Of a DNA stretch of 64,000 bases, positions 9,924-20,617 are shown one piece after another. The notes under the pieces were generated by a model. It did not search any database and was not told the origin of the DNA. It saw nothing but the letters and a program-made list of their open reading frames with translations. The translations under genes and the position numbers were made by a program. Origin of the DNA: Minisyncoccota bacterium (GTDB lineage Bacteria; Patescibacteriota; Minisyncoccia; Phycocordibacterales; CAJBRS01); contig JADGRH010000003.1 in NCBI GenBank assembly GCA_017881075.1, positions 128,682 through 192,681 on the forward strand, read 5' to 3'. How positions within the stretch are numbered: position 1 is the stretch's first letter; each line of letters starts with the position of its first letter.

Positions 9924-10020
9924 GAAGTATTTGGAGTCAGCACGAGCATTTTGGAGACTAAGACTTGGGCAAGCGCCCCGGAGCGGTCTCCAAAATGCTC
10001 GTGCTGGCGGAGAATACTTC
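9924..10020. repeat. long hairpin element with conserved 35-nt head, copy 2 (infB-rbfA spacer)
   Basis: cagcacgagcattttgg/ccaaaatgctcgtgctg stem; head at 9955-9989 identical to copy 1. Confidence 0.9.
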
Positions 10021-10022
10021 TA

Positions 10023-11516
10023 TTACCTCCTTACTACCGTGTAAGCTTCTAATTTATCACCCGGCGCGCATTCAATCTTAGACTCTATCATTGCTCCGAA
10101 TTCGCTGTCAGTACCGATCTCTTTTACTTTCGCCTTCATCTGTTGAAGTTCTTTTACTTTACCTTGGCCGATTAGCACATCACGGCGCATAATTTTGACA
10201 TCGTCGCCCACGCTGATTATTCCTTCCTCCACCCTTGCTCCCAACACCTGCTTATCTTTTACCTGGCTGAAAAGTTTCAGAACTTTTGCTACCCCCTTTT
10301 TCTCCTCCACCTCTGTCTTTGGAGTCTTTTCAATCACAGCTTTTGCCAACCACTCATTTAATTTGTAAATGATATCAAATGTTTGAATAGTGACACTCAT
10401 TCGCTCGGCTAGATTTTTAGTGGCGGGACTGACGTTAGCATTAAAACCGATGAGAAGAGTTTGCGGCTTACCACTTGCAATCTTTACGTCTTCGTCGGTA
10501 ATATCACCGATGGCGCTGTATAGAATCCTTAAGCCCACCTTTTCCGTCTCCATTTTTTTTAATTCGTATTCGATCGCTTCAATGATACCGGCGTTATCAG
10601 CTTTGATGATGATCGGAATGATAAATCTCTCCGGAGAATCTGCCTCCGCTTTTTCACTGGCCACTTTGCGTCTTGGTGTTTCGATAAAGGCTTCGGCCTC
10701 TTTTCTGGAGTAAAAAGAATGGAAGTAAGTTCCTGCCGCCGGCACGCTGTCAAAACCAATCACTCGAATGGGAGAAGAGAAAGTAGCCGATTCAATCTTC
10801 TTGCCCAAAAAATTTTCCATAAATCTGATCGGAGCGACACTTTCTCCGGCCACCACGAACATTCCCATTTTCAGAGTACCGCTCTTAATAATCATAGTAG
10901 CGGAAATACCACTTTCCTTGCTTCTGGCTACCTCAATGATGATGCCTTCGGCTGGCAGATCGGGATCCGCTTTCAACTCCGCAATATCCGAAATGAGGCC
11001 CAGCATATCTAAAAGTTCCGGTACGCCCTCTCCGGTTTTAGCCGAAATAGCCACTACGGGTGTATCTCCGCCATAGCCCTCAACATAAATCTCATTTTCC
11101 AAGAGAGAATTTTTAGTTCTCTCAATGTCGGCATTTTCTTTATCAATTTTATTTATAGCAACGACAAAAGGCAGTCCGAGCTCCTTGATTTGTTGATAGG
11201 CTTCAGTCGTCTGCGGTTTCACTCCATCTTCGGCGGATACTACTAAGATGGCAATATCTGCGACACCGGCACCACGACCACGAAGGAGGCCGAAAGCTTC
11301 GTGTCCGGGAGTATCAAGAAAGGTGATTTTTTTCTGATTATGGACGACTTCATAAGCGGAGATATTTTGAGTGATTCCTCCAATCTCTTTATCTACCAGA
11401 TTGGTTTTTCGGATGTAGTCGAGAAGAGTCGATTTTCCATGGTCAATGTGCCCCATTACTACAATGATGGGCGGTCGATCAAGAAGTTGTGATGGTTTAA
11501 TACCGGTTATAGTCAT
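10023..11516 (-). CDS. infB: translation initiation factor IF-2 (short form without N-terminal domain)
   Basis: [34 protein letters not shown]. Confidence 0.96.
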   Translation of the reverse strand: MTITGIKPSQLLDRPPIIVVMGHIDHGKSTLLDYIRKTNLVDKEIGGITQNISAYEVVHNQKKITFLDTPGHEAFGLLRGRGAGVADIAILVVSAEDGVKPQTTEAYQQIKELGLPFVVAINKIDKENADIERTKNSLLENEIYVEGYGGDTPVVAISAKTGEGVPELLDMLGLISDIAELKADPDLPAEGIIIEVARSKESGISATMIIKSGTLKMGMFVVAGESVAPIRFMENFLGKKIESATFSSPIRVIGFDSVPAAGTYFHSFYSRKEAEAFIETPRRKVASEKAEADSPERFIIPIIIKADNAGIIEAIEYELKKMETEKVGLRILYSAIGDITDEDVKIASGKPQTLLIGFNANVSPATKNLAERMSVTIQTFDIIYKLNEWLAKAVIEKTPKTEVEEKKGVAKVLKLFSQVKDKQVLGARVEEGIISVGDDVKIMRRDVLIGQGKVKELQQMKAKVKEIGTDSEFGAMIESKIECAPGDKLEAYTVVRR

Positions 11517-11544
11517 TAGCTTATTTATACATTATATTGTTAGA

Positions 11545-12810
11545 GTGAACAAGAAAAACAGCCACCAAAGAATTTATCTTGATTATGCCTCCATCACTCC
11601 GCTTGACAGTCGGGTGTTGAAAGTGATGAAGCCTCTTCTCGATTCCAATTTCGCCAATCCATCTTCTTTATATGCAGAAGGTGTCGAATCCAAAAAGATA
11701 ATGGAAAATGCCAGAAAGAGAGTGGCTAAAATTCTCTCGGCCCACGCCGATGAAATCATATTTACTTCAGGAGGTACTGAAGCCAACAATCTAGCACTCC
11801 TCGGACTTTTTCAATCAGCCAAAACAATTATAAAAAAACCACAGATCATTATCACCAACATTGAACATCCGTCCATTATGGAAGTTTGCAGCGAGATCAA
11901 AAGACGGGGAGGGAAAGTGAAAGTGGTGAGAGTGGAAGCAAACGGAATTGTTGATCCAAAAAAAATTAAAAAAGCCATTACAAATCGCACAATTCTAGTG
12001 TCGGTGATGTATGCGAATAATGAGGTTGGCACTATTCAGCCGATTCGAGAGATTGCGAAAGTTATCAGACAGTTTAGGAAAACCGACGGGCGAAACCAAC
12101 AACTTTTTGAGAGACTAAGACTTGGGCAAACGCCCCGGAGTGGTCTCTCAAAAAGTTCGTCCGCGAGCCCCTCTACTTTTCCGTATCTTCATACTGACGC
12201 CAGTCAAGCCGCTAATTATCTTGACCTCAATGTAGAGCGTCTCGGTGTTGATCTTATGACCATTGATGGAACGAAAATTTATGGGCCGAGAGGCGCCGGC
12301 TTTTTGGTCTGCCGGCGCCGGACGCCGCTCTGGCCGATCATTTTCGGCGGTGGCCAGGAAAGTGGGCGGCGGGCGGGCACCGAAAACCCGCCCGCCGCCC
12401 TAGGTCTCGCCACCGCCTTGGAAATCAGTCAGAGCGAGAAAAAAAGGGAGGCGGCCCGACTCTGCCGCCTCCGAGATTATTTTATTTCCGAAATCAGAAA
12501 ACATTTTCCAAAAGCAATCTTAAACGGCGATGCCAAAGAACGTCTTCCCAACAACGTTAACTTTTGCTTTCCCGATCTGGACGCGGAGTTTGCCGTGCTT
12601 CAATTGGATGCCAAAGGCATCGCCATCTCCTCGGTTACTAGCTGTCAGAATCTTAATACAGATTCGTCTTCTTATGTGGTCCAAGCCATTCAGACAAAAA
12701 ATTGTCAGAAAAGCTCATTACGTTTTAGTTTTGGTCGAAAAACCACTAAAAAAAATCTTGATTTTTGCTTAGAAGTTCTCTATAGTATAATTAATGGAAG
12801 AGCTCACTAA
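11545..12810 (+). CDS. iscS: cysteine desulfurase (IscS/NifS family) with an in-frame hairpin insertion
   Basis: IYLDYASITP, IIFTSGGTEANN, YANNEVGTIQP, HTDASQA, KIYGP, SVTSC; GTG start at 11545 preferred. Confidence 0.9.
   Translation: MNKKNSHQRIYLDYASITPLDSRVLKVMKPLLDSNFANPSSLYAEGVESKKIMENARKRVAKILSAHADEIIFTSGGTEANNLALLGLFQSAKTIIKKPQIIITNIEHPSIMEVCSEIKRRGGKVKVVRVEANGIVDPKKIKKAITNRTILVSVMYANNEVGTIQPIREIAKVIRQFRKTDGRNQQLFERLRLGQTPRSGLSKSSSASPSTFPYLHTDASQAANYLDLNVERLGVDLMTIDGTKIYGPRGAGFLVCRRRTPLWPIIFGGGQESGRRAGTENPPAALGLATALEISQSEKKREAARLCRLRDYFISEIRKHFPKAILNGDAKERLPNNVNFCFPDLDAEFAVLQLDAKGIAISSVTSCQNLNTDSSSYVVQAIQTKNCQKSSLRFSFGRKTTKKNLDFCLEVLYSIINGRAH
12088..12170. repeat. long hairpin element with conserved 35-nt head, copy 3, in frame in iscS
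   Basis: aactttttgag/ctcaaaaagtt stem; head at 12112-12146 has 2 mismatches to copies 1 and 2. Confidence 0.88.
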
Positions 12811-13636
12811 AACCCAGATTGTGCTCCTCACCCTCTTGGTAAGTTTCGTCACCTCCATCGCTACCGGTATTGTCACCGTAGCTCTGGTGGATCAATCTTC
12901 TCAAGGAGTGGGGCAGACTATTCAAACCGTTGTTCAGAGAACTATTGAAACGGTTATTCCTACCGTGACGCCGACAGAAGAAAAGGGTAAGATTGTTTCC
13001 AATTCTGTCACGACAAATAATAGCACTCCCGTGCAGGTGACTCCTTCAGAGAGTGAACTTATGGTTCAAGCAGTGACAAAAAATTCTGCCGGTCTGATTC
13101 GCATCAAAAAAGTTACTTCCAACCCAACCCAAGCTTTTGTTGCTTTGGGAGTAGTTGTTTCGACCAAAGGAGTTTTGGTGACGGATCATGGTCTTTTACT
13201 TTCTTTTTCAAAATATGTTGGAGTTCTACCGAGTGGTAAAGAAGTCCCATTAACACCACTAATTGTTCATGCTTCCAGCACCAATGTCTCTCTATTTAGT
13301 TTTGATCCGACCCAGGCAGACAATATTACCGCTATGACGCTCGGGGATTCAACCAAACTCAATCTGGGACAACGAGTTATCTCGCTTTCTGGCGCCGACA
13401 AAGACACAGTAGCGATAGGAATCATTTCAAGCTTCGATAAAAATGGCACTACCACCAGTAAAGCTTTCATTAACACTGATTTTGATACCACTAGTTATGC
13501 TTATGGCTCTGTCCTCATTAATCTAGCAGGAGAGATTGTTGGCATGAAGACGGCCACTTCTGCTGGCGGAGGCTTCTCCTATCAAGGGGTCAACTCCTTG
13601 AAAGAAGAAATAAGACAAGGTATTATCACCTCTTAA
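12794..13636 (+). CDS. membrane-anchored trypsin/HtrA-like domain protein with degenerate catalytic motif
   Basis: N-terminal TM; LGDSTKLNLGQRVI, GIIS, INTD, GSVLINLAGEIVGM; GNSGG replaced by SYAYG. Confidence 0.7.
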   Translation: MEELTKTQIVLLTLLVSFVTSIATGIVTVALVDQSSQGVGQTIQTVVQRTIETVIPTVTPTEEKGKIVSNSVTTNNSTPVQVTPSESELMVQAVTKNSAGLIRIKKVTSNPTQAFVALGVVVSTKGVLVTDHGLLLSFSKYVGVLPSGKEVPLTPLIVHASSTNVSLFSFDPTQADNITAMTLGDSTKLNLGQRVISLSGADKDTVAIGIISSFDKNGTTTSKAFINTDFDTTSYAYGSVLINLAGEIVGMKTATSAGGGFSYQGVNSLKEEIRQGIITS

Positions 13637-13645
13637 ACCATTTAT

Positions 13646-16333
13646 ATGCCACCACCATTTGGAAAATTCACATCTAAAGCCCAGGAAGCTATTCGTCGAG
13701 CCCACGAATTAGCTGTAGAAAGGGGTCAAAATCACATTACCCCAATCCACCTTTTAACCGCCTTGATTCTCCAAGAAGAGAGCATGGTTACTTCCATATT
13801 GGATAAGCTGGAAGTGGATACCATTCTATTGACCGACTCTCTTTTAGAATCAATTGAAGCCCCTGACGCCTCTTCTACTCTAGCCCCTTCGTACCAACTT
13901 TATCTGACACCGGAGCTGGCTCAAATTATTGAACACTCACATAAAGTAGCCACCACTCTTAAGGATGAGTTCGTTTCCACTGAACATCTTTTCCTGGCTA
14001 TCTTTGACGTGCCCGGCCCGGCCAGCGAGGTTCTGTCAAAATTCCGAATCGATAAGCAAGCGGTACTGCGAGTAATGGAAGAATTAAAGAGCTCAAAAAC
14101 TACCGAGACTACTCAACCAAAGAAATTAAAATCTATCGCCAAATACACGCGCAATCTCACCCAGCTAGCTAGAGAAAATAAACTTGACCCAGTCATTGGT
14201 CGCGATGCCGAGATCGGCCGAATCATTCAGATATTGTCGCGTCGCACCAAGAATAATCCGATATTGATCGGAGAAGCCGGAGTAGGGAAGACCGCCATTG
14301 TGGAGGGGCTCGCCAATCGTGTGGCTCTCGGAGATGTTCCCGATTCTCTGAAAGAAAAAGAATTAGTTTCTCTTGATCTTGGTACACTAGTCGCCGGTAC
14401 AAAATATCGCGGCGAATTTGAAGAAAGATTGAAAAATATTCTGAAAGAGATGGAACGCTCTGACGGCCGCATCATTTTATTTATTGATGAGATTCATACA
14501 ATTGTCGGCGCCGGAGCGGCAGAGGGGTCGCTCGACGCTTCAAATATGTTGAAACCGGCTCTGGCCCGAGGGGAACTGCGGGCGATTGGGGCCACCACTC
14601 TTAAAGAATTTCAGCGACACATTGAAAAGGATCCGGCTTTAACCCGGCGTTTCCAGCCAGTCTTTGTGCAGGAACCGTCTATTGAAGATGCCGTTGCCAT
14701 TTTGCGAGGCCTAAAAGAAAAATATGAACTTTATCACGGCGTCCACATTACCGACGATTCTATTGTGGCGGCGGTCAATCTTTCCAGCCGATACATTACC
14801 GATCGATTTCTGCCAGATAAGGCAGTGGATCTAATTGATGAGTCCGCCTCTCATTTAAAAATTTCTCTTGAAAATAAACCACCGGTGCTGGAGGAGGCAC
14901 ATCGTAAAATAATGCGTTTGGAGATTGAAAAGGAAGCTTTGAAGAAAGAAGTCGCTACTTCTAAAAATGCCAAGAGTAGGGTCAAAAGTATTGAAAAAGA
15001 AATTGCCGATCTGAAAGAAGAGACCAGTGAGGTGGAACTGAAGTGGAAAAATGAGAAGGAGATAATCGGTTTGATTAAAGAGATTAAAAAGAATCTGGAA
15101 TCTTCTCGCCTTGAGGCAGACTCCGCCGTGGCCCGAGCCGATCTTTCCAAGGCAGCTGAAATTCGCTACGGCCGTATTCCAGCATTGGAGAAAGATTTGA
15201 TAGCCAAATCTAAACGGCTAAAAAAACTACAAAGCTCTCGTCGAATTTTGAAAGAAGAAATTAATGAAAATGATATTGCCGAGATAGTAGCCAAATGGAC
15301 TGGTATTCCGGTAGCCAGAATGTTGGAAGCCGAGGCAGCCAAACTTCGTCGAATGGAAAAAGTTTTAGAAGAGAGGATTATTGGTCAAGAGGAGGCTGTT
15401 AAAAAGGTTGCCGATACGGTTAAACGTTCTCGTGCCGGTATTGCTGATCCAAACCGCCCTATTGGTTCTTTTCTTTTCCTTGGCCCTACCGGTGTCGGAA
15501 AAACTGAATTGACCAAGGCTTTGGCCGAATTCATGTTTGATGACGAGAAAGCTCTCATTCGGGTAGATATGTCGGAATATATGGAGAGACACTCTGTCTC
15601 AAAAATCATCGGCGCTCCGGCGGGCTATGTCGGTTATGAGGAAGGAGGACAGTTGACCGAACAGATTCGTCACCGACCATATTCAGTGGTGCTCTTTGAC
15701 GAGATTGAGAAAGCTCATCCGGAGGTCTTCAATATTTTGCTTCAAGTACTTGATAACGGTCGGTTAACCGACGCTAAGGGTCGCACCGTAAACTTTAAAA
15801 ATACCATCATTATTATGACTTCCAATATCGGCGCGCAATTCATTGATAAGATGCAGAAGATGGGATTTGCCACCAGTGATGTCAAGAATGAATACACCGA
15901 AGTGAAAAGCAAAGTGATGGATAGCCTGAAAGATTACTTCCGACCGGAATTTCTTAATCGTTTGGATGAGATTGTTGTCTTTGATATTTTGAGCCAGGAA
16001 AGCATTAAGAAGATTGTAGAAATTGAAGTGGGCACGGTAAAAGAGAGACTCTTAGCCAAAGAAATCAAACTGGAAGTTTCAGATGAGGTTTGCAGTTATC
16101 TTGCTAAAGAAGGATACAATCCGCAATACGGTGCAAGACCACTGAAGAGATTGATTCAAAATAAAATACTGACATCGGTTGCCTCGCTTATGGTCTCCGA
16201 AGGAGTGATGAAAGGAGGATCAATTTCCGTCGGTTTGAATAAACAAAATAATGAATTTACTTTTGACGTTAAGAAGGGGAGAAGGGGAAGCATTCTAAAA
16301 GAAAGTGTTATTCAGGAGGCGGTAGGGGTGTAA
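13646..16333 (+). CDS. clpB: ATP-dependent chaperone ClpB
   Basis: two AAA+ modules ([16 protein letters not shown]), long middle coiled coil with AAEIRYG. Confidence 0.93.
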   Translation: MPPPFGKFTSKAQEAIRRAHELAVERGQNHITPIHLLTALILQEESMVTSILDKLEVDTILLTDSLLESIEAPDASSTLAPSYQLYLTPELAQIIEHSHKVATTLKDEFVSTEHLFLAIFDVPGPASEVLSKFRIDKQAVLRVMEELKSSKTTETTQPKKLKSIAKYTRNLTQLARENKLDPVIGRDAEIGRIIQILSRRTKNNPILIGEAGVGKTAIVEGLANRVALGDVPDSLKEKELVSLDLGTLVAGTKYRGEFEERLKNILKEMERSDGRIILFIDEIHTIVGAGAAEGSLDASNMLKPALARGELRAIGATTLKEFQRHIEKDPALTRRFQPVFVQEPSIEDAVAILRGLKEKYELYHGVHITDDSIVAAVNLSSRYITDRFLPDKAVDLIDESASHLKISLENKPPVLEEAHRKIMRLEIEKEALKKEVATSKNAKSRVKSIEKEIADLKEETSEVELKWKNEKEIIGLIKEIKKNLESSRLEADSAVARADLSKAAEIRYGRIPALEKDLIAKSKRLKKLQSSRRILKEEINENDIAEIVAKWTGIPVARMLEAEAAKLRRMEKVLEERIIGQEEAVKKVADTVKRSRAGIADPNRPIGSFLFLGPTGVGKTELTKALAEFMFDDEKALIRVDMSEYMERHSVSKIIGAPAGYVGYEEGGQLTEQIRHRPYSVVLFDEIEKAHPEVFNILLQVLDNGRLTDAKGRTVNFKNTIIIMTSNIGAQFIDKMQKMGFATSDVKNEYTEVKSKVMDSLKDYFRPEFLNRLDEIVVFDILSQESIKKIVEIEVGTVKERLLAKEIKLEVSDEVCSYLAKEGYNPQYGARPLKRLIQNKILTSVASLMVSEGVMKGGSISVGLNKQNNEFTFDVKKGRRGSILKESVIQEAVGV

Positions 16334-16340
16334 GGGAACA

Positions 16341-16379
16341 AAAAAGAGAGGCCGGCACGTAGTGCCGGCCTCTCTTTTT
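16341..16379. terminator. bidirectional intrinsic terminator (clpB / tRNA-Tyr)
   Basis: aaaaagagaggccggcac/gtgccggcctctcttttt. Confidence 0.9.
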
Positions 16380-16382
16380 CTG

Positions 16383-16465
16383 TGCGCCGAGAGGGACTCG
16401 AACCCCCGGAGGCCATAGGCCGCGACGTTTACAGCGTCGTGTAATTGCCACTATACGATCGGCGC
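16383..16465 (-). tRNA. tRNA-Tyr(GTA)
   Basis: gcgccga/tcggcgc, cgacg-ctGTAaa-cgtcg, variable arm. Confidence 0.95.
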
Positions 16466-16510
16466 AATTTATGTAATTTAACATATAAAAATGGCCTTGA
16501 AAAGGAATAT

Positions 16511-16539
16511 TTGACATTATTTGTGATACATGTTATCCT
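16511..16539 (+). promoter_or_regulatory. sigma70-type promoter
   Basis: TTGACA-N17-TATCCT. Confidence 0.6.
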
Positions 16540-16590
16540 ATACCTAGGCCATTCTGAAACCTTCAACAACCTAAACCAAGTACATTAATC

Positions 16591-16857
16591 ATGAACTCAT
16601 TCTCAAATATCATCGCCAGTTTGCGGCGCTTTCGCAACCGTAAATCGACGCTGTCAGGTGCGACAATCGGTCTGGTGCCAGCGGCACTCGCGAGTTCTAC
16701 ACCGGATCTTAAAGACCTCATCCGTCCGACCATGACTCGCGCCGCAAAGTCCGAATCCAGACACGCTTCTAGCGGCCGACAGGGTCCACAAGTGAAAAAT
16801 CGCCGCGGTCGTCGGTGCCGAATTCGTTACGAGTACGGCCGCTTCAAGGCCGCTTAA
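16591..16857 (+). CDS. small Arg-rich hypothetical protein
   Basis: 88-aa ORF with a promoter upstream, double stop TAATAA and terminator hairpin at 16874-16906. Confidence 0.55.
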   Translation: MNSFSNIIASLRRFRNRKSTLSGATIGLVPAALASSTPDLKDLIRPTMTRAAKSESRHASSGRQGPQVKNRRGRRCRIRYEYGRFKAA

Positions 16858-16959
16858 TAAAGAAGTAATCAAGACGCCTTTTCGTCACCCCCCGACGAAA
16901 AGGCGTTGCTTTTTTATATACTTTATATTAAGCTGAAAACTCAACAATTTTTTAATTTC

Positions 16960-17115
16960 ATGTCACAAGATAATCTAATTGTATTGAAACATAAGGCCAC
17001 CGGAGAGGTCTATTGGACGCGCAAAAATAAACGAAAGGTGGAGCGTAAAATTGAACTGAAAAAATACAGCAAGAAGCTTCGTAAGCACGTGGTATTTAAG
17101 GAAGCCAAGAAATAA
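16960..17115 (+). CDS. rpmG: 50S ribosomal protein L33 (no Zn-binding cysteines)
   Basis: [29 protein letters not shown]. Confidence 0.93.
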   Translation: MSQDNLIVLKHKATGEVYWTRKNKRKVERKIELKKYSKKLRKHVVFKEAKK

Positions 17116-17116
17116 T

Positions 17117-17710
17117 TTATTTTCTTCCTCTCCAATAGTGAATCACAGCTGGTAAAAAGGAGACAATTATTATCAAGATAATAATTGGCAAGAGATATCG
17201 GTCAATATTCGGAATAGTTCGGCCAAGAAAAAATCCTAGCCCACTAAGGCCGACTGTCCAAAGAAATCCTCCCACGACGTTATATCTTAAAAAATCGCTG
17301 TATTTCATCTCTCCCACTCCCGCCATGATTGGAGCGAAGGTTCGAACGATAGGCATGAAGCGGGCAAGTATCAGAGTTCTTTTGCCGTGCCTCTCAAAAA
17401 ATCTTTTTGTCTGCTCAATATATTTTTGCTTGAAGAATAAGGAATCTTGTTTGGTGAAAATTGAAGGTCCTACTTTCTTGCCAAAAGCATAGCCGACACT
17501 GTCTCCTAAAACAGCAGCTATAAAAGCGCCGACGATTAAAGCGGCGAGATTGAGCCGGCCTTCGGAGCAGAGAAGGCCGGCCGTAAAAAGCAGGGAATCG
17601 CCCGGCAAAAAGAAGCCAAAAAAAAGGCCTGATTCAGCAAAAATAACAAAATAAACCCCTAACAATCCAAAAGTTTCAATAAGAGGCAAGCTGTTCAAAA
17701 GAGCGTTCAT
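17117..17710 (-). CDS. DedA/VTT-domain membrane protein
   Basis: FAESGLFFGFFLPGDSLLF, ARFMPIVRTFAP. Confidence 0.93.
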   Translation of the reverse strand: MNALLNSLPLIETFGLLGVYFVIFAESGLFFGFFLPGDSLLFTAGLLCSEGRLNLAALIVGAFIAAVLGDSVGYAFGKKVGPSIFTKQDSLFFKQKYIEQTKRFFERHGKRTLILARFMPIVRTFAPIMAGVGEMKYSDFLRYNVVGGFLWTVGLSGLGFFLGRTIPNIDRYLLPIIILIIIVSFLPAVIHYWRGRK

Positions 17711-17844
17711 TGAGGGTTTATTTTAACATGAATTGAAGGCGTTTAAACCCGATTTGACTTATTTAATCTTGCATGATAAGGTTTTTTTAGAGAAAAATAC
17801 GGAAAGAAAGAACAGAAAAACACTCAATCGAAAGGAAAATCAGT

Positions 17845-18597
17845 ATGAAAAATTTTTTCACGTTCGTTACATTTACAGTTTTCAGCGTCTTGGTTACAAC
17901 TAGTAACGCGAAAGACCCCACGTCAGCAGAACTAATGGCGATCTTGCATCATCGCGCTCTCGCGCCAAAGAAAGTGGTGGGCTCTTACTCGGTCGTGACT
18001 CGTCAGTCGCAATCGACGGTTGGTAACACTTCGAACGAACCGCGTCTGGTTTATGTTCGACACAGTCAATACAAACACGACGTTAAAAAACCGGAGATCT
18101 TCCGCGGCAAAAGAGATTGGGCCTCGGCCCATGGCTTATCTTCAACCCCAGGCCTTGAACTTCAGGAAGCCACCAATAAACAAGCTGGCGCCTGTGCTGT
18201 ATCGGTCGGGAACAAAGGAGACAAGTGGATCTCTCTATCAAGCAACAAGGTTCTCGTCAATTACGATACCATTGGCACCACGGACGCTGCCACTCGCAAC
18301 AGTATCCGCATTCCCTACAAGGTAAAGGTAAGAGGACGATGGCAAACCAAGTATCGCACAGTTAGTCTCCACAAGACCCCAGAGCAGCTCCGTGCCCCAG
18401 TGGTGGACGAGGCTAAGAACAGAAAACAATCCGGTCCTGACTACGAATGGTTCCTATACGTTCCATGGAATGGTCCACGTCCGTTCCTTGCTCTGACCAA
18501 AGAGGAAAGAAGGAAGGCGCTGAAAGCGGCTGTCACCATAGGTCGGCTAGCTCAAGCCACCTTCTTCCAAAAGAATCGGATGATGGCAAAACGTTAA
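17845..18597 (+). CDS. secreted basic hypothetical protein, possibly a divergent 3D-domain protein
   Basis: signal peptide; TTGACT-N17-TAAGGT promoter at 17754-17782; AAAGGA RBS; terminator at 18615-18649. Confidence 0.65.
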   Translation: MKNFFTFVTFTVFSVLVTTSNAKDPTSAELMAILHHRALAPKKVVGSYSVVTRQSQSTVGNTSNEPRLVYVRHSQYKHDVKKPEIFRGKRDWASAHGLSSTPGLELQEATNKQAGACAVSVGNKGDKWISLSSNKVLVNYDTIGTTDAATRNSIRIPYKVKVRGRWQTKYRTVSLHKTPEQLRAPVVDEAKNRKQSGPDYEWFLYVPWNGPRPFLALTKEERRKALKAAVTIGRLAQATFFQKNRMMAKR

Positions 18598-18712
18598 AGA
18601 CTGCGAAAAATTCGACGGCCCGCGTTATAGCACGTGCGGGCCGTTTTTTATTTTAATTTGACACTCTCCATTTTTTATGATAAAGTTATTTTAAACAAAA
18701 GGAGACCCAGAA

Positions 18713-19381
18713 ATGAAGAAAATCCTAGTGAACCTTGTCATCTGTGCCCTGTGCGTTTTAGGCCCCACCGACCTCTACGCCAAGGCTAAAAAGAAGCATT
18801 CCCCCAAACATCATCACCGACATTCTGAAACAACAGCCAACCATTCAAAACGGTCGAGGCCGCCAAAAGCCAAGAATCCGGCCAAGAAAAAGAACGATGA
18901 TTCCCAAAGGCTTTTAGCCATTAAGAAAACTAAACCTCCGCACACCCCTCCACCTCCACCTCTGGCAAAAAGAGACCCGCGAGTGGATCCAAGTATGGAA
19001 ATGGCGGCGCGAATTGGAAAAGCCAGAGCGGCACACTCCAAAAGTAAGTGTTGGAGATGGGTCAAATTTGATTTGCGAGCTTCCGGAGCTGTCAATTCGT
19101 ATCCTGACACCGGTAACGCGAAGCAAGCCGGCATTGAATTGGTTAAACACTATGGCTTTAAGGTACTTGATTGGGTGCTGAAACCGGCACTTGCTCCTAT
19201 CGGAGCTGTCCTCGTCTACGAGCAGAAAAACCGTCCAGGGCATGTAGAGATTCGGACACGAGACGGATTTGTGAGTGACTTCTGGTCCCGTTGGCCAATA
19301 ACCGACACTCATCCGGAACGCAACTACAAATTCCTCTATGCCGTGGCCCGATTGGTGCCCCGTCCTTGGAATCATAAGTGA
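18713..19381 (+). CDS. secreted CHAP/NlpC-P60-like Cys-His hydrolase
   Basis: signal peptide, His/Lys/Pro-rich linker, KCWRWV...GNAK...GAVLVY...GHVEI; TTGACA-N17-TAAAGT promoter; terminator at 19402-19439. Confidence 0.7.
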   Translation: MKKILVNLVICALCVLGPTDLYAKAKKKHSPKHHHRHSETTANHSKRSRPPKAKNPAKKKNDDSQRLLAIKKTKPPHTPPPPPLAKRDPRVDPSMEMAARIGKARAAHSKSKCWRWVKFDLRASGAVNSYPDTGNAKQAGIELVKHYGFKVLDWVLKPALAPIGAVLVYEQKNRPGHVEIRTRDGFVSDFWSRWPITDTHPERNYKFLYAVARLVPRPWNHK

Positions 19382-19490
19382 GTGATAGTTTGAATGAAGT
19401 TGTGGCTCGCGCGTTTCCAATATCGCGCGGGCCACTTTTATTTATCTTTTCTTTACCACCAATTCATCTTTTACCTTTATATTATTAAGG

Positions 19491-20540
19491 ATGAATCAAT
19501 CCATTATTAATATTGTTCAGAAAATTTTGTCGGACGCCTATGAATCAAAGGCGTCCGACATCCATCTAGATCCAACCAGAAATTTACTTCGGGTCCGATT
19601 TAGAGTTGACGGACTTCTCCAAGACAGAACATTTTTTCCAAAAGATCTGTCGCCGCCGATAATTTCTCGCCTAAAAGTCTTGGCCGGTCTTCGCATGGAT
19701 GAGCACCAAAGTGACCAGGATGGACGACTTCATTTCCAAATAAAGGATGAGCGAGTGGATATTCGTATTTCCATAGTCCCAACTTATTATGGAGAGAATG
19801 CTGTCTTGCGTCTGTTACATCGTCATCATGGCACTTTGTCTTTATCTAATCTTGGATTCAACAACAAGAGCATTGAAATGATCACGGAAGCTCTTCGAAA
19901 AACATCCGGAATGATCTTAATAACTGGCCCGACTGGCTCGGGCAAAACAACTACCCTTTATACTTTATTGGAGATGCTCAAAAAAGAGGAAGGCTCGATT
20001 GTTACCATTGAAGATCCGATTGAATATGCAATTGATGGAATTGAACAGATTCAGGTAAATCAGAGAAGTTCTCTGAACTTTGCTAATGGTTTACGAGCCA
20101 TTCTTCGACAGGACCCGGACATTATTATGGTGGGCGAGATTCGTGATAGGGAAACAGCCGCCATTGCTGTTAACAGTGCTCTAACTGGCCACCTACTTCT
20201 ATCCACCCTTCACACCAATGACGCCGTCTCTGCCATTCTCAGGCTCTACGACATGGGTATTGAGCCGTATCTCATCGCCTCAACACTCTCAATAATTATT
20301 GGACAAAGATTGGTCAGAAAAATTGGCCCCGATGACAGTTTCAGTGGGCGACTGGTCATAAACGAGATATTAATTGTAGAAGAGAATCTAAGAGAGGCCA
20401 TTATCAAAAAATCCTCTCGCGCCGAAATGGAAATCTTAGCGCGTCAAAATGGCTTAATCGGAATGCGCGAAGATGGATACGAAAAAGCATCCGCCGGCCT
20501 CACCTCATCTGCCGAGGTCTTGAGAGTGACGAATCTTTAG
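19491..20540 (+). CDS. GspE/PulE/PilB-family secretion ATPase (short form)
   Basis: ASDIHL, RFRVDG, TGPTGSGKTTTLY, TIEDPIE, LRQDPDIIMVGEIRD, TGHLLLSTLH. Confidence 0.93.
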   Translation: MNQSIINIVQKILSDAYESKASDIHLDPTRNLLRVRFRVDGLLQDRTFFPKDLSPPIISRLKVLAGLRMDEHQSDQDGRLHFQIKDERVDIRISIVPTYYGENAVLRLLHRHHGTLSLSNLGFNNKSIEMITEALRKTSGMILITGPTGSGKTTTLYTLLEMLKKEEGSIVTIEDPIEYAIDGIEQIQVNQRSSLNFANGLRAILRQDPDIIMVGEIRDRETAAIAVNSALTGHLLLSTLHTNDAVSAILRLYDMGIEPYLIASTLSIIIGQRLVRKIGPDDSFSGRLVINEILIVEENLREAIIKKSSRAEMEILARQNGLIGMREDGYEKASAGLTSSAEVLRVTNL

Positions 20541-20545
20541 AGTTG

Positions 20546-20617
20546 CGGGCCCACCCCGACTCGAACGGGGAACCTCGCGTTTGGAGTGCGATGTTTTACC
20601 ATTGAAACTATAGGCCC
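20546..20617 (-). tRNA. tRNA-Trp(CCA)
   Basis: gggccta/tgggccc, tcgca-ctCCAaa-cgcga; abuts the miaA stop codon. Confidence 0.92.

Noticed and set aside
17754-19439. Integron cassette array
   Set aside because: The cassettes carry their own promoters and simple terminators. No attC-like R''/R' boxes or integrase were recognised.
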